64,000 bases of DNA from an uncultured Chloroflexia bacterium (GCA_963704145.1 CAVPHB010000002.1:67878-131877); one strand, 5' to 3'. Counted from the first letter of the stretch, positions 19,649-30,996 are shown. Numbers and translations are program-made. Notes: generated from the letters alone by a model not told the origin.

Positions 19649-20857
19649 ATGCGAACCACCGCACGCACCGCCATCCGCCGCGCCGACCTGCTCCGCCAGG
19701 CCATCGCGCCATTCCTGGGTTTCTTCAATGGGCCTTACGCGAGGCTCGAGCCGGACCCGGAGGTCGCCAACTTCGCGGTCGGCAACCCGCACGACATCGC
19801 CATGCCCGCCTACGTCGACGCGGTGCGCGGCTCGCTGGAGCCGCGCAACAAGGACTGGTTCGGCTACAAGATGAGCGAGCCGAAGCCGCGCATCGTCGTT
19901 GCCCGCACGATGAGCGCGCTGACCGGACTTGACTGGGATGCACGCGACGTCCAGATGACCAACGGCGGGTTTGCCGCACTGGCGATCGCCTTCCGCACGC
20001 TGCTCGAGCCCGATGACGAGGCGATCTTCCTTTCCCCACCGTGGTTCTTCTACGAGCAGCTCATCCTCGCCGCTGGCGGGGTGCCGGTGCGCGTCGGCTT
20101 TGACTTGCCCGACTGCCGCCTGGACCTGGCTCGGATCGAGGCCGCCATCACACCCCGCTCGCGGCTGTTGGTGCTCAACTCGCCGCACAACCCGAGCGGC
20201 CGGATCGTGCCGCTCGACGAGCTGCGCGGATTGGCCGACCTGCTCGCCACGTACTCGGAGCGCCACGGCCGGCCGATCTACCTGGTCAGCGATGAGCCCT
20301 ACCGTCGCATCGTGTTCGACGGCCGCGAGTTCCACTCCCCGGCCGAGGTCTACCCACACACCGTGGTCACCTACTCGTACGGCAAGCAGCTCCTCGCGCC
20401 GGGCATGCGCATCGGCTACCTGACCTGGCCGCCCACGATGTCCGACCGCGAGCGGCTGCGCGAGGACGCCTTCGTCCATCAGCTGGCATCCGGCTACGCC
20501 TTTCCGAACGCCGATCTGCAGCACGCGATCGAGGACCTGGAGCCGCTGTGCGTCGACCTGAGTGCGCTCGAGCGACGCCGCGCACGGCTGGTGGGAAAGG
20601 TGCGCGGCATGGGCTACGAAGCTACCTGGCCGGAAGGCACTTTCTACGTCATGGCCCGTTCGCCACTTGCCGACGACGAAGCCTTCGCGCGTATCCTCAA
20701 CCGTCACAAGGTGCTCGTCCTGCCGGGCACCATCGTCGAGGCGCCAGGCTGGTTCCGGATCAGCCTGACCGCGTCGGACGAGATGGTCGAGCGCGGCATC
20801 CCCGGCTTCGCCGCAGCCCTGAGAGAAGCGCGCGACGGCACCGAGGCCGCGCCCTGA
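19649..20857 (+). CDS. PLP-dependent aminotransferase, class I/II fold
   Basis: LVLNSPHNPSG, YLVSDEPY and TYSYGKQLLAPGMRIGY (PLP-Lys region) are typical of class I/II aminotransferases. Confidence 0.8.
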   Translation: MRTTARTAIRRADLLRQAIAPFLGFFNGPYARLEPDPEVANFAVGNPHDIAMPAYVDAVRGSLEPRNKDWFGYKMSEPKPRIVVARTMSALTGLDWDARDVQMTNGGFAALAIAFRTLLEPDDEAIFLSPPWFFYEQLILAAGGVPVRVGFDLPDCRLDLARIEAAITPRSRLLVLNSPHNPSGRIVPLDELRGLADLLATYSERHGRPIYLVSDEPYRRIVFDGREFHSPAEVYPHTVVTYSYGKQLLAPGMRIGYLTWPPTMSDRERLREDAFVHQLASGYAFPNADLQHAIEDLEPLCVDLSALERRRARLVGKVRGMGYEATWPEGTFYVMARSPLADDEAFARILNRHKVLVLPGTIVEAPGWFRISLTASDEMVERGIPGFAAALREARDGTEAAP

Positions 20858-20894
20858 GGATCAGCTGCGCGGGCAGCAGGGCCCCCGAGACTGA

Positions 20895-21860
20895 CTAGTG
20901 CCGGTACCAATCCTCGGCGATCGGCGCATCTGATCGCGCGAACGCGGCGGCCTCGGTCCACGGCCGCGCCGCGCCGTCGATGAGCGCCGCCAAATCGGTC
21001 AGCCGACGGTAGGCCACGTCGCGCAAGAACGATTCGCGCTCACCGGCGGCCGTCGTCGTCGCCTCGGCCCAGATCGCCCGACCGGCGGCGACACCGCTCG
21101 CGCCGGCCGCGCACGCGACTGTCACCTGGGCGTTGAAAGTCTCGGGGTCGGCGCCACCGGACAGCAGCACCCACGGGATCGAGACCACCGAATTGAGCTC
21201 CGCGCAGGCGTCATGCCATAGCCGCCGGTCGGTCACCGACAGGTCGTACGGGAACTCGACCTTCAACACGTCGACGCCCAGTCCGCCCAGCCGGCGGGCG
21301 GTGTCGATGACCGCCCGCCGCCGGTCCTCGCCGGTCAGCCGCTGACCGTCGAGCGGCGAGAACGTCAGCGGCTCGAGGAAGAGCGGCAGCTCGAGCTCGC
21401 GGCACTGCCGGGCAACTGACTCGACCAGCTGCTCCTGCCGCGCAGCCGATAGCGCGTCCGGGTGGTAGTAGACGAGCAGCTTGGCCGCCGAGGCGCCCAG
21501 CCGGCGGACGCTTTGCGGTCCCCAGCCGTCGAGCAGCCGGCTGGTTCGGTCGGTCGCTGGGCCGAGATAGCCGGTCGCCTCGAGGGCGACGATCAGCCCG
21601 ACTGAGCCGGGCATCGAGCCATCGGCAATGCACTGCGGCGCGCCGTATTCCGGATCGAGCAGAACGCCCGTGGCAGCGTCGCCGATGGCGCCAACCACCT
21701 GGCGCTTGAAGTCGGTCAACTCGGTGCCGCTGACCGTGGCTGGGCTGGCCGGCCTGAGGTCACGACGGAGGTTCTGGCGATGGTCGAGCGCCAGGATGGT
21801 GAACGTTCCGCGCCGCGAAGCGCACTCGCTCAGGCCGCGCAGGATGCCGAAGGGAGTCAT
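20895..21860 (-). CDS. Class I aldolase of the LacD/YihT family (tagatose-bisphosphate / sulfofructose-phosphate aldolase-like)
   Basis: ILALDHRQNLRR, LTDFKRQV, VLLDPEYG, KLLVYYHPD, LFLEPL, DVLKVEFP, PWVLLSGGAD and AGASGVAAGRAIWAEA are collinear with my memory of E. coli YihT/LacD. ATG at 21860 (MTPFGIL). Confidence 0.7.
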   Translation of the reverse strand: MTPFGILRGLSECASRRGTFTILALDHRQNLRRDLRPASPATVSGTELTDFKRQVVGAIGDAATGVLLDPEYGAPQCIADGSMPGSVGLIVALEATGYLGPATDRTSRLLDGWGPQSVRRLGASAAKLLVYYHPDALSAARQEQLVESVARQCRELELPLFLEPLTFSPLDGQRLTGEDRRRAVIDTARRLGGLGVDVLKVEFPYDLSVTDRRLWHDACAELNSVVSIPWVLLSGGADPETFNAQVTVACAAGASGVAAGRAIWAEATTTAAGERESFLRDVAYRRLTDLAALIDGAARPWTEAAAFARSDAPIAEDWYRH

Positions 21861-21954
21861 CGGCGGCCCTCCTCTTTGCCGACCGGCTTGGCTGACCAGA
21901 TTACGCACCGGGCGCCGCTTGCGCCGGCGCTGGGTATTCTGCTATACCTTCGCG

Positions 21955-23049
21955 GTGACCGTCAAAAGTGCGCGCACAAATGTGCAGGCGGGGCAGGCTG
22001 ACGCACTGTTCGTTGATATTGCGCAGGCCTACTACGAGCAGAACCTGACCCAGCAGGAGGTCGCCGCGCTGTTCGGCATCTCGCGGACGCAGATCTCGCG
22101 CTACCTGCGTGAGGCGCGGGAGCGCGACATTGTCCAGATCCGAGTTGTCCGGCGCGGCGCGCGGGTCGCTTCCGTGGAAGCGGACCTCAGGCGCCATTTC
22201 GTCCATCTGCGCGAGGTGGTCGTGGCCGCCGTGTTCAGCGACGACGAGGCCATCCGCCGGCGGGCCGTGGCACGCGAGGTGGCGCGCCTGCTCGAGCACA
22301 GCGTGCGGCCGAACACGACCATCTGCTTTGGCGCGGGCCGGACGCTGGCCGAAGCAGTCAACGTGCTCAAGCCGCGCCGGCTGACCGGTGTCACTGTCGT
22401 CCAGGCACTGGGCAATGCCGGCCATGAGGCGCTGCACATCGACTACAACGCCGTTTCGAGCGCTGCTGCGGCCGCCTTCGGCGGGCGGGTGGTGCAGATC
22501 AACGCGCCGGCCATCCTGGGCCGCGGCATGCGCGCGGCAGATCTGGAGGCGTCCAGCCCGCAGATCCGCACTGCGATCGCGGTCGCCCGCGGCGCGCAGA
22601 TGTTCGTCCTCGGCCTGGGCTCGATGAGTGGCGATCAGATCTACGTCCAGACCGGCCTGGTCTCGCCGGCCGAGCTGGACGAGGCCAAGCGCGGCGGCGC
22701 CGTGGGCGATATCTGCGGCAACTTCTACGACCTGGCCGGCCGGCCGCGCCCCGGTCCTTTCGCCGACCGGGTGGTCGGCATCCGCCTGTCCGACCTGGCG
22801 GCTGCGCCGACATCGATCGGCTGCGCCAGCGGCAGCGAGAAAGTGCCATCGATTATCGGCGCCCTCGAAGGGCGCTACCTCAATGTCCTGGTGACCGACG
22901 AGCTCACCGCGCTCGGTGTGCTCGAGTCCATCGGCGATCGATCGCCGTCGTCACGAGCCGACCGCTTGTCGTCGAATGGCCGGGTGGGCCACGAGGCGGA
23001 CGCAGTCGGTGGGGAGGTTCGACCAGGGGGCGCCGAAGGCAGGCGATAA
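21955..23049 (+). CDS. SorC/DeoR-type sugar-phosphate-sensing transcriptional regulator
   Basis: HTH (LTQQEVAALFGISRTQISRYLREARERDIV) plus a sugar-binding domain (VQALGNAGH..., GDICGNFYD). GTG start at 21955. Divergent from the aldolase gene. Confidence 0.8.
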   Translation: MTVKSARTNVQAGQADALFVDIAQAYYEQNLTQQEVAALFGISRTQISRYLREARERDIVQIRVVRRGARVASVEADLRRHFVHLREVVVAAVFSDDEAIRRRAVAREVARLLEHSVRPNTTICFGAGRTLAEAVNVLKPRRLTGVTVVQALGNAGHEALHIDYNAVSSAAAAAFGGRVVQINAPAILGRGMRAADLEASSPQIRTAIAVARGAQMFVLGLGSMSGDQIYVQTGLVSPAELDEAKRGGAVGDICGNFYDLAGRPRPGPFADRVVGIRLSDLAAAPTSIGCASGSEKVPSIIGALEGRYLNVLVTDELTALGVLESIGDRSPSSRADRLSSNGRVGHEADAVGGEVRPGGAEGRR

Positions 23050-23085
23050 GGCGACTGGGGGCAGCAGGCGACAGAGGAGAGGTCA

Positions 23086-25142
23086 ATGAAACGTTCGTGG
23101 TGGGCCGTATTGGCGGCCCTGGCAATCGTCGTCGCAGCATGTACGAGCACGCCGGCGGCAACACCCACACAGGCACCATCTGGCGCGCCGACGACGGCGC
23201 CGACCGCCGCACCGGCAACTCCGACCGCGGCACCGACCCAGGCGCCGACTGAAGCACCCACGCCGGTGCCGGCGGAGCACGGCAGCGTGCTCGTCGGTCA
23301 GGCCGGCACGGCCGACGACCTGGCACTGTCGGCCGCTGAGTCAACCGCCGCTGCTGCGGCGCTGGCCGGCAAGAAGGTCGGCATCGTCGCGACGACGATG
23401 GAGACCGAGTACCACTCGCTGCTCAACACGACCGCCAAGGAGGCGCTCGAGGCGCTCGGCGCAACGGTCGAGATCTGCGATTCGCAGGTTGACCCCGCGA
23501 CAGCGCTGCAATGCTTCGAGGGCTTCGTCCAGAGCGGCGTGGCCGCGATCATGACCACCAGCTCGGCAGCGACCGTGGGCGAGGCCGCCGAGACGGCCAT
23601 CAACGCGGGCATCATCGTCGTCCAGGTCACCGGGCTCGACCTGGGTGACAGCGGCGCCGTCGGGATCAGCGTCAACAACCTGACCATCGGCCTCCAGGAG
23701 GGTCGCTCAGCGGGCGAGTTCGCCGCGCAGATGTGGCCCGGCGAGGCAGTCCAGGCGATCATCCTCGACTACCCCGACATTCCTGACCTGGTCGCCCGCG
23801 CTGATGCCATCGAGCAGGGCATGGCCGAGACCAACGCGCAGGTCGAAGTCGTCGGTCGCTTCCTCGGCGGACTGGCCGAGAACGGCGTCACCTCGATCGA
23901 GACCGCGCTCCAGCAGTTCCCCAATCTGCGCATCGTCACCGGCATCAACGACGGCGGCAACCTGGGTGCCTACCAGGCGCTCGAATCCGCCGCCAAGACC
24001 GCCGACGACGTGGCCGTCTTCGGCATCGATTGCGATCCGGCTGCGGTCACCCTGATCGACCAGGGGACGATGTACCAGGGCTGCGTCGACACCAACCCGG
24101 CCGGCACAGGCACGCTGGCGGCCAACGCCATCGCCAAGCTGATGGCCGGCACCGACGTCCCGGGCAACATCGAGGTACCCGTTTCGACCTATCAGGGCAA
24201 GGTCGCGGTGGGCAATGGCAACGTGCTTCTGGGCCAGCAGGGCCAGGGATCTGACTTTGCCCTGTCGGCCGCTGAGTCAACCGCCGCTGCTGCGGCGCTG
24301 GCCGGCAAGAAGGTCGGCATCGTCGCGACGACGATGGAGACCGAGTACCACTCGCTGCTCAACACGACCGCCAAGGAGGCGCTCGAGGCGCTCGGCGCAA
24401 CGGTCGAGATCTGCGATTCGCAGGTTGACCCCGCGACAGCGCTGCAATGCTTCGAGGGCTTCGTCCAGAGCGGCGTGGCCGCGATCATGACCACCAGCTC
24501 GGCAGCGACCGTGGGCGAGGCCGCCGAGACGGCCATCAACGCGGGCATCATCGTCGTCCAGGTCACCGGGCTCGACCTGGGTGACAGCGGCGCCGTCGGG
24601 ATCAGCGTCAACAACCTGACCATCGGCCTCCAGGAGGGTCGCTCAGCGGGCGAGTTCGCCGCGCAGATGTGGCCCGGCGAGGCAGTCCAGGCGATCATCC
24701 TCGACTACCCCGACATTCCTGACCTGGTCGCCCGCGCTGATGCCATCGAGCAGGGCATGGCCGAGACCAACGCGCAGCGTCGAACGTCGTCGGTCGCTTC
24801 CTCGGCGGACTGGCCGAGAACGGCGTCACCTCGATCGAGACCGCGCTCCAGCAGTTCCCCAATCTGCGCATCGTCACCGGCATCAACGACGGCGGCAACC
24901 TGGGTGCCTACCAGGCGCTCGAATCCGCCGCCAAGACCGCCGACGACGTGGCCGTCTTCGGCATCGATTGCGATCCGGCTGCGGTCACCCTGATCGACCA
25001 GGGGACGATGTACCAGGGCTGCGTCGACACCAACCCGGCCGGCACAGGCACGCTGGCGGCCAACGCCATCGCCAAGCTGATGGCCGGCGGGTCGGTACCG
25101 AACATGCTCGAGGTGCCCGTCTTCACGTACGCGGGCCAGTAG
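23086..25142 (+). CDS. Sugar ABC transporter substrate-binding lipoprotein with two complete tandem periplasmic-binding (family 1/CUT2-type) modules; second module frame-broken
   Basis: Lipobox (IVVAACTS) and a P/T linker, then KKVGIVATTMETEYH...DCDPAAVTLIDQGTMYQGCVDTNP occurs twice. Copy 2 carries two 1-nt insertions near 24778-24788 relative to copy 1. The final stop is TAG at 25140-25142. Confidence 0.75.
23326..25086 (+). repeat. 936-bp tandem duplication inside the SBP gene; about 825-bp core identical apart from two 1-nt indels, flanks diverged
   Basis: ctgtcggccgctgagtcaacc starts at 23326 and again at 24262. I compared the two copies block by block. They match until gatggccggc (24150 / 25086), then diverge. 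Confidence 0.9.
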
Positions 25143-25169
25143 CCACCTTCGGGTAGTAACAGGCGCCGC

Positions 25170-27343
25170 GTGGATCGTTGGCTCGAAGTAGATATCGACT
25201 GGTTCGGAGACCCACCGTGGGACCGGGCTCAGCTCGAGTTCGTCGAGCGCACCCTGCCGCTGCTGGCCGGGGAATGCGATCTGCGCGGCATCTGCTTCAA
25301 CATCGGCTGGCTGGCCGATCTCGTCACCGAATGGAGCGGCAGCGGCGCTCAGCCGCTGCCGCTCCGCTCTCGTCGGTACGCGCGCTGGGCTCGCCTGGCC
25401 TATGACGACCTGCGCGCATTCCTCGCGTCGCTGCGTGCGGTCGCCGCATCGCACGGCCTCGCCGATCTCAAGCTCGGGCGTGCTGATCGCCGGTCTCGGC
25501 CAGGTCGTGGCGCCACCCGACACGGGCAGCATGTACGACCTCTACAGCAACTGGTACGACCGCCATCCCGAGCTCTACCCGCTCGACATCTCACCGCTGC
25601 CGGGCCCGGACCTGGACCCGCGCGTGCCGATGCACGCGGACTCGTACCGCTACGTGACGCGCCCCGACGGCATCGCCGAGGGAGAGCCGTTCCCCGAGTT
25701 CTTCGGTGCGCAATGGGGCGCGGTGGCGCAGTATCTCGGACTCGACCTCATCCACCTGCGCGACGGCATGCTGGGACCAATGCTCTACACCCGCGTCGGC
25801 CCGTACGGCAGCGTTGCATCGGCCGATCCGGCCGAGAACCGCAGCTGGACAGACGCCGTCAAGCGCCTGTTCCGCGCCTGCAAGCAGGCCCATCCCGGTG
25901 GACTGGTGATGGCCTATTCGAGCGGCCTCAGCGGCACGGCCGAATGGCTGGCCGGCTGCGTCGATCTCGAGGACATCGTGGCCGATGGCGCCCTCGACAT
26001 CTTCGTCGACCAGACCTGGGGCGGCGCGTGGCAGGACTGGTGGGACGACACCTGGAAGGGCTGGACCTTCCAGCTCGCCTACCTGCTCGGCCACGGCGCC
26101 CAGATAAGGGGCGGCAACGTCGGGCGCAGCGCGACGGGGGGGGCGTTTGGCGGAGCGGCGTGCCGGCAATACAACCTGATCGAGACGTGGGACGGCTGGG
26201 AGCCGTGGGACACGCTGCATGACACACCGGGCAAGCTCGAATGGGCGATCTGGGCCTTCGCGCACGCCTGCAGTGCTGGGCCGCGATGGGCTACCGGTGG
26301 TGCCCGAGGGCGCCTACATCAGCTGGATGAACGACTGGAACAAGCGGCTGATCAGCGCGCGCGACGTCGACTTCCTGGCGTCCAGGCTGGCCGCCGCCGA
26401 GACCAGCGCGGGGGGCATCGAGGCCACGTTCGGTCCGTTGCTTGTCCATGACCGGGACGGGCTGACCGCCAAGTACGAGCAGGACCCGCAGAGCAACGCC
26501 AGCGAGTGGGCCGAGGACCAGGCTGGCATGCTCCTCAAGTGGGGCGCCGGCATGATGACCGCGACGCGCGCCGAGTGGCTGCCCGAGCGCTGGCCGGACG
26601 GCCTGCTGTGGCAGCTCCCCGGGGCTGCCGCCGCGGCCCGCCTCGACGGGCCGTACGGAGCGCTCGTTGCGAGCGGCCGCGCCGACCGGATCGACAGCCG
26701 AGTGCTGGCGGCCGCGGGTGTTGCGCCGACGGGCAACCAGGTGCCCGATGGCTATCGGCTCGGGGCGCCCACCAGCGCCGACCTGGCGCCCGAGGAACGC
26801 GTCCATCTGCCGCAGCGCGCCGAGCTGCGCGCAGAGCAGGGAACGTGGGTCGGCTATTCGTCGGACGGCATGCCGCTGCTCGCCGGACGCCACGGCATCT
26901 ACCACTGGCAGCCGCCCGATCTGGCCGATCCGGGCAACCCGCTGCTGCCCCATTCGCAGATCGGCACCGTCAACCCGTACGTCGAGGTTGCGCGCCTGAT
27001 CAACCGGCGCGCCGCGGAGGCCGGCGGGTTGAGCGTCGAGCCCATGGCGGCGCACGAGCCGGTGACGGTCAGTTGCTGGCGCAGCGACGGACAGGTGCAC
27101 CTGCTGCTGGGCAACCTCGAGTCGGGCTGGATCGGCGATTCGCGTTTTGCGCGCCACGTCACGGTCAGGCTGCCGCGCGCGCGCGTCGGCCTGGAACCCG
27201 GGGTGGCCTACCAGGGCGTCCACCTGAACGGGGGCAATGAGCCGCTCGCGACCGATGACGAGCTCGATGGCTCGGTCGTCTCGTTCACGATCGAGGTGCC
27301 GCCGCAGGGCTGCATCGTCCTGCGCCTGGAGCGGGCGGCGTGA
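25170..27343 (+). CDS. Large (~720 aa) Trp-rich protein of unknown function, possibly a glycoside-hydrolase-like enzyme; two frame breaks
   Basis: Continuous sense reading across track ORFs 25170-, 25402-26451 and 26219-27343, with junctions near 25485 and 26265. Motifs DQTWGGAWQDWWDDTWKGW and NLIETWDGWEPWD. No signal peptide. Sits between the SBP and permease genes. Confidence 0.5.
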
Positions 27344-28322
27344 GCGGCGCGACGACATCTGCGCGCACGTCGGCGGGCCGCCAGCGCATGGTGCGCGTGG
27401 TCGACTTCCTGGCCGACTACGGCTTCATCGTCTTCTTCGCCATCTGGGTCATCTTCCTGTCGCTCATGACGGACGACGTTCTTGACCGAGCGCAACATCC
27501 CGCTCCTTCTGCGCCAGGCGTCGATCTATGCCATCCCGGCCATCGGCGCAACCTTCGTGATCCTGCTCGGCGAGCTCGACATCTCGTTCGGCAGCGTGCT
27601 CGGCGTGGCCGGCGTCGCCGCGGCCGAGGTGCTCGTCGCCGGCCACGACCCGGTCGCTGGCGATCGGGGCGGCGATCCTGGTCGGCGCGCTGGTCGGACT
27701 GGTCAACGGCACGCTGGTGACCTTCTTCCGCATCCCGTCGGTGGTCGCCACGTTGGGCATGCTCAGCGTCGTCATCGGCCTCGGGATCGTCTACACCAAG
27801 GGCCGCGCGATCACCGGGCCGTTGCTCGACCCGATCGACTGGCTGGCCCAGGGCTACATCGGCATCGTGCCGATACCGGTCGTGCTGATGTTCGTGGGCT
27901 ACACGATCGCCTGGCTCGATCCTCAACCGAACGGCATTCGGGCGCCCACGTCTACCTGACCGGCGACAACCGCGAGGCGGCGTTCCGCGCCGGCATCGCC
28001 GTCAATCGCGTGCGCATGACGGTCTTCATCGCGGCCGGCGCACTGGCCGGGCTGGGCGGCGTCGTGCTCGTCTCACGGGTGTCGCAGGCCACCGCGTCGC
28101 TGGGTGACTCGGCACTCTTCCCGGTGCTCACCGCGGTCATCCTCGGCGGCGCTGGCCTGCAGGGCGGACGCGGCCGGATCGAGAACACGCTGATCGCCTC
28201 GGTCTTCCTGGCCAGCCTGCTCAACGGCCTGATCCTGCTCGGGGTCGATGCCGAGTACCAGCGCATCCTGCTTGGCGCGCATCCTGATCGTGGCCATCTC
28301 GCTCGATCGGTTCAGGGACTAG
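27340..28322 (+). pseudogene. CUT2 (ribose/xylose-type) ABC transporter permease, reading frame broken at least 3 times
   Basis: Pieces in three frames: FLADYGFIVFFAIWVIFL / LTERNIPLLLRQASIYAIPAIGATFVIL / FFRIPSVVATLGMLSVVIGLGIVYT / YLTGDNREAAFRAGI...TAVILGGAGLQGGRG...LDRFRD*. The GTG start overlaps the previous stop. Confidence 0.7.
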
Positions 28323-28324
28323 AG

Positions 28325-29825
28325 ATGACAGTCGCCAGGTCCGTGTTGTCGATGCCCAACCAGCTGATCAACGGCCGCTGGGTGCCGTCCGCAACCGGGC
28401 GCACCGTGGCCGTGCACAGCCCGGCCAACGGCGAACAGATAGCCGAGGTCGCCGCGGGCGATGTGCGCGACGTCGAGGCGGCCGTCGCCGCGGCGCGGCG
28501 CGCCTTCGACGAGGGCCCCTGGCCGCGCATGGCGGCCAGTGAGCGCGGGCGCTATCTGCTCCGCATCGCGGCGCTGATCGAACGCGACACGGCCGAGATC
28601 GCGCACCTCGAAAGCCTCAACAACGGCAAACCGATTCGCGAGAGCAGCCGGATCGACGTGCCGCTATCGGCCGACTGCTTCGAGTACTGGGCCGGGTACG
28701 CGACGAAGATCACCGGCGAGACGCTGCCCGTGCCGGGCGACGTGCTGAGCTACACGCTGCGCGAGCCGCTCGGGGTGGTGGCCGCGATAACGCCGTTCAA
28801 CTTCCCGTTGCTGCTCGCGAGCTGGAAGCTGGCGCCGGCGCTCGCGGCGGGCAACACGGTCGTCATCAAGCCCGCTTCGGATACGCCGCTGACGACCATT
28901 CGGCTGGGCGAGATCTGCCAGGAGGCGGGCCTGCCGCCGGGCGTGGTCAACGTGGTCATCGGCGACGCGCAGGTTGGCCAGGCGCTGGTCGACCACGACC
29001 AGGTCGACAAGATCACCTTCACCGGCTCGACCGAGGTGGGCAAGATGATTGCCGCCGGAGCGGCGGGCAACCTGAAGCGCGTGTCGCTCGAGCTCGGTGG
29101 CAAGGCGCCCAACATCGTCTTCGCCGACGCACCGCTCGAGGACGCCGTTGCCGGCGCCCTGTTCGGCGTTTACTGGACGCAGGGCGAGATCTGCACTGCC
29201 GGCTCACGGCTGCTCGTCCAGCGGCCGATCTTCGATGACTTCGTCAGCCGCTTCACCGAACGCGCTCAGAAGCTGCGCGTGGGCGACCCGCTCGACCCGC
29301 GCACGGACGTCGGACCGCTCATCTCGGCGCGCCAGTGCGAGCGGGTGATGGAGCACATCCGCTCCGGCAGCGCCGAGGGCGCGCGGCTGCTGGCGGGCGG
29401 CAATCGGCCGACCGACGCGGCGCTCGCGCGCGGCCACTACGTTGCGCCGACGGTGTTCGTCGACGTGCGCCCCGACATGCGCATCGCGCGCGAAGAGATC
29501 TTCGGGCCGGTCGCCTCGATCATGCCCTTCGACGCGCCCGAGGACGCAGTCCGGATCGCGAACGACACCGTCTTCGGCCTCACTGCGGGAGTCTGGACGC
29601 GCGACGTCAAGCTTGCCCACCGGGTGGCGCGCGCGGTCAGGGCGGGCACGGTGTGGATCAACATGTACAACGTCGTCACCAGCGAAGCCCCCTTCGGCGG
29701 CTATCGGCCAGAGCGGCTGGGGGCGCGAGAACGGACCCCATGCGATCGCGGCTTTCACCGAGGTCAAGCACGTCTACGTCAACCTCGCCGAGCGCTCGAC
29801 CGATTGGTTCGGGGAGGCTTCGTGA
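28325..29825 (+). CDS. NAD(P)+ aldehyde dehydrogenase, classical non-acylating ALDH superfamily type (one frame break near 29700)
   Basis: LINGRWV, FNFPLLL, VIKPASDTP, FTGSTEVG, ELGGKAP, GEICTAGSR (catalytic Cys) and EEIFGPV. PFGGY then continues in another frame as QSGWGRENG...EVKHVYVNL. Confidence 0.85.
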
Positions 29826-30996
29826 TCGCCCGCAGTGCGTCTGCCCGGGTCGAGCCCGGCCCGGCCACGGCCGTGGCCGAAGTGCACCTGCCGCCGCGCG
29901 TCAACTTCGGGCGCGGCGCGCTGGCCACACTCGGCCCCGCCGCGCGTGGTTACGGGCGAATGGCCCTCCTGATCACTGACCGCGGCCTTGCCGCCAGCAA
30001 CATCGTGCGCTCGATCGAGCGCACGCTGGCCGAGGCCGGCGTCGACTGCGTCGTGTTTGATCGGGTCGAGCCCAATCCGACCATCGAGCAGGTCGAGGCG
30101 GCACTCGCCGCCGGCGCCGGCCAGGATGTCGCGGTCGTCGTCTCGGCCGGCGGCGGCAGTGCGCACGATTGCGCCAAGACCGTCGCCCTGGTGGCGGCCA
30201 ATGGCGGGGAGGTGCGCGACTACGAGGGCGTCGACCGCTCGGCACACCGCGCCATTCCGCTCATCTGCGTCAACACCACCTCGGGCAGCGGTGCCGACGT
30301 CAGCCGCTACGCGGTCATCAGCGACACCACGCGCGAGCTCAAGATGATCATCGCCGACCGCCACCTGATGCCGCGCCTGGCGATCAACGACCCGCTCCTG
30401 ACGGCCGGCCTGCCGCGCAACGTGACCATGGCGTCCGGGCTCGACGCGCTGACCCACGCGATCGAGGCGTACGTCTCGACGCTCGCCTCGGAGCTGAGCG
30501 ACGTGTACGCGCAGCGCGCGATCGAGCTGATCAGCGGCGCGCTCGTCCGGGCGGTCGAGGACGGCGACGACCTCGAGGCCAGGGACCAGATGATGCTCGG
30601 CGCGCTGATGGCCGGACTGGCCATCAACTCGGCGCTCGTGGGCGCGGTGCACGCCATGGCTCACCAGTTGGGCGGCGTGTACGACCTGCCGCACGGTGTG
30701 TGCAACGGGATCCTGCTGCCGCATGTCATCGAGTTCAACGAGCCCGCCGCGCGAACCCGCTACACGCGCATCGCGCGGACCCTCTCGGCCGGCGCATCGA
30801 GCTCGCCGATTGCCGGCGCTCGTGCGTACGCTCGGTGATCGAGTCGGCCTGCCCAAGCGGCTCTCCGATCTCGGCGTCGAGACGCGAGCGCATACCCGAC
30901 CTGGCGGCGCGCGCGATGCGCGACATGACCATGGCCACCAACCCGCGGCCGATGACCGAACAGGATGTCGCACACCTGTTCGAGCGGGCGCTGTGA
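29822..30996 (+). CDS. Iron-containing (group III) alcohol dehydrogenase (at least 2 frame breaks near the 3' end)
   Basis: GGGSAHDCAK, TTSGSGADVS, GLDALTHAIEAY and HAMAHQLGGVYDLPHGVCNG are Fe-ADH motifs. GTGA overlap with the ALDH stop. The tail (...[14 protein letters not shown]) is in a different frame. Confidence 0.8.

Noticed and set aside
23086-25142. The possibility that the 936-bp duplication marks a mobile element or insertion sequence.
   Set aside because: Both copies encode the same SBP fold in frame with each other. There are no terminal inverted repeats and no transposase or integrase anywhere in the window.
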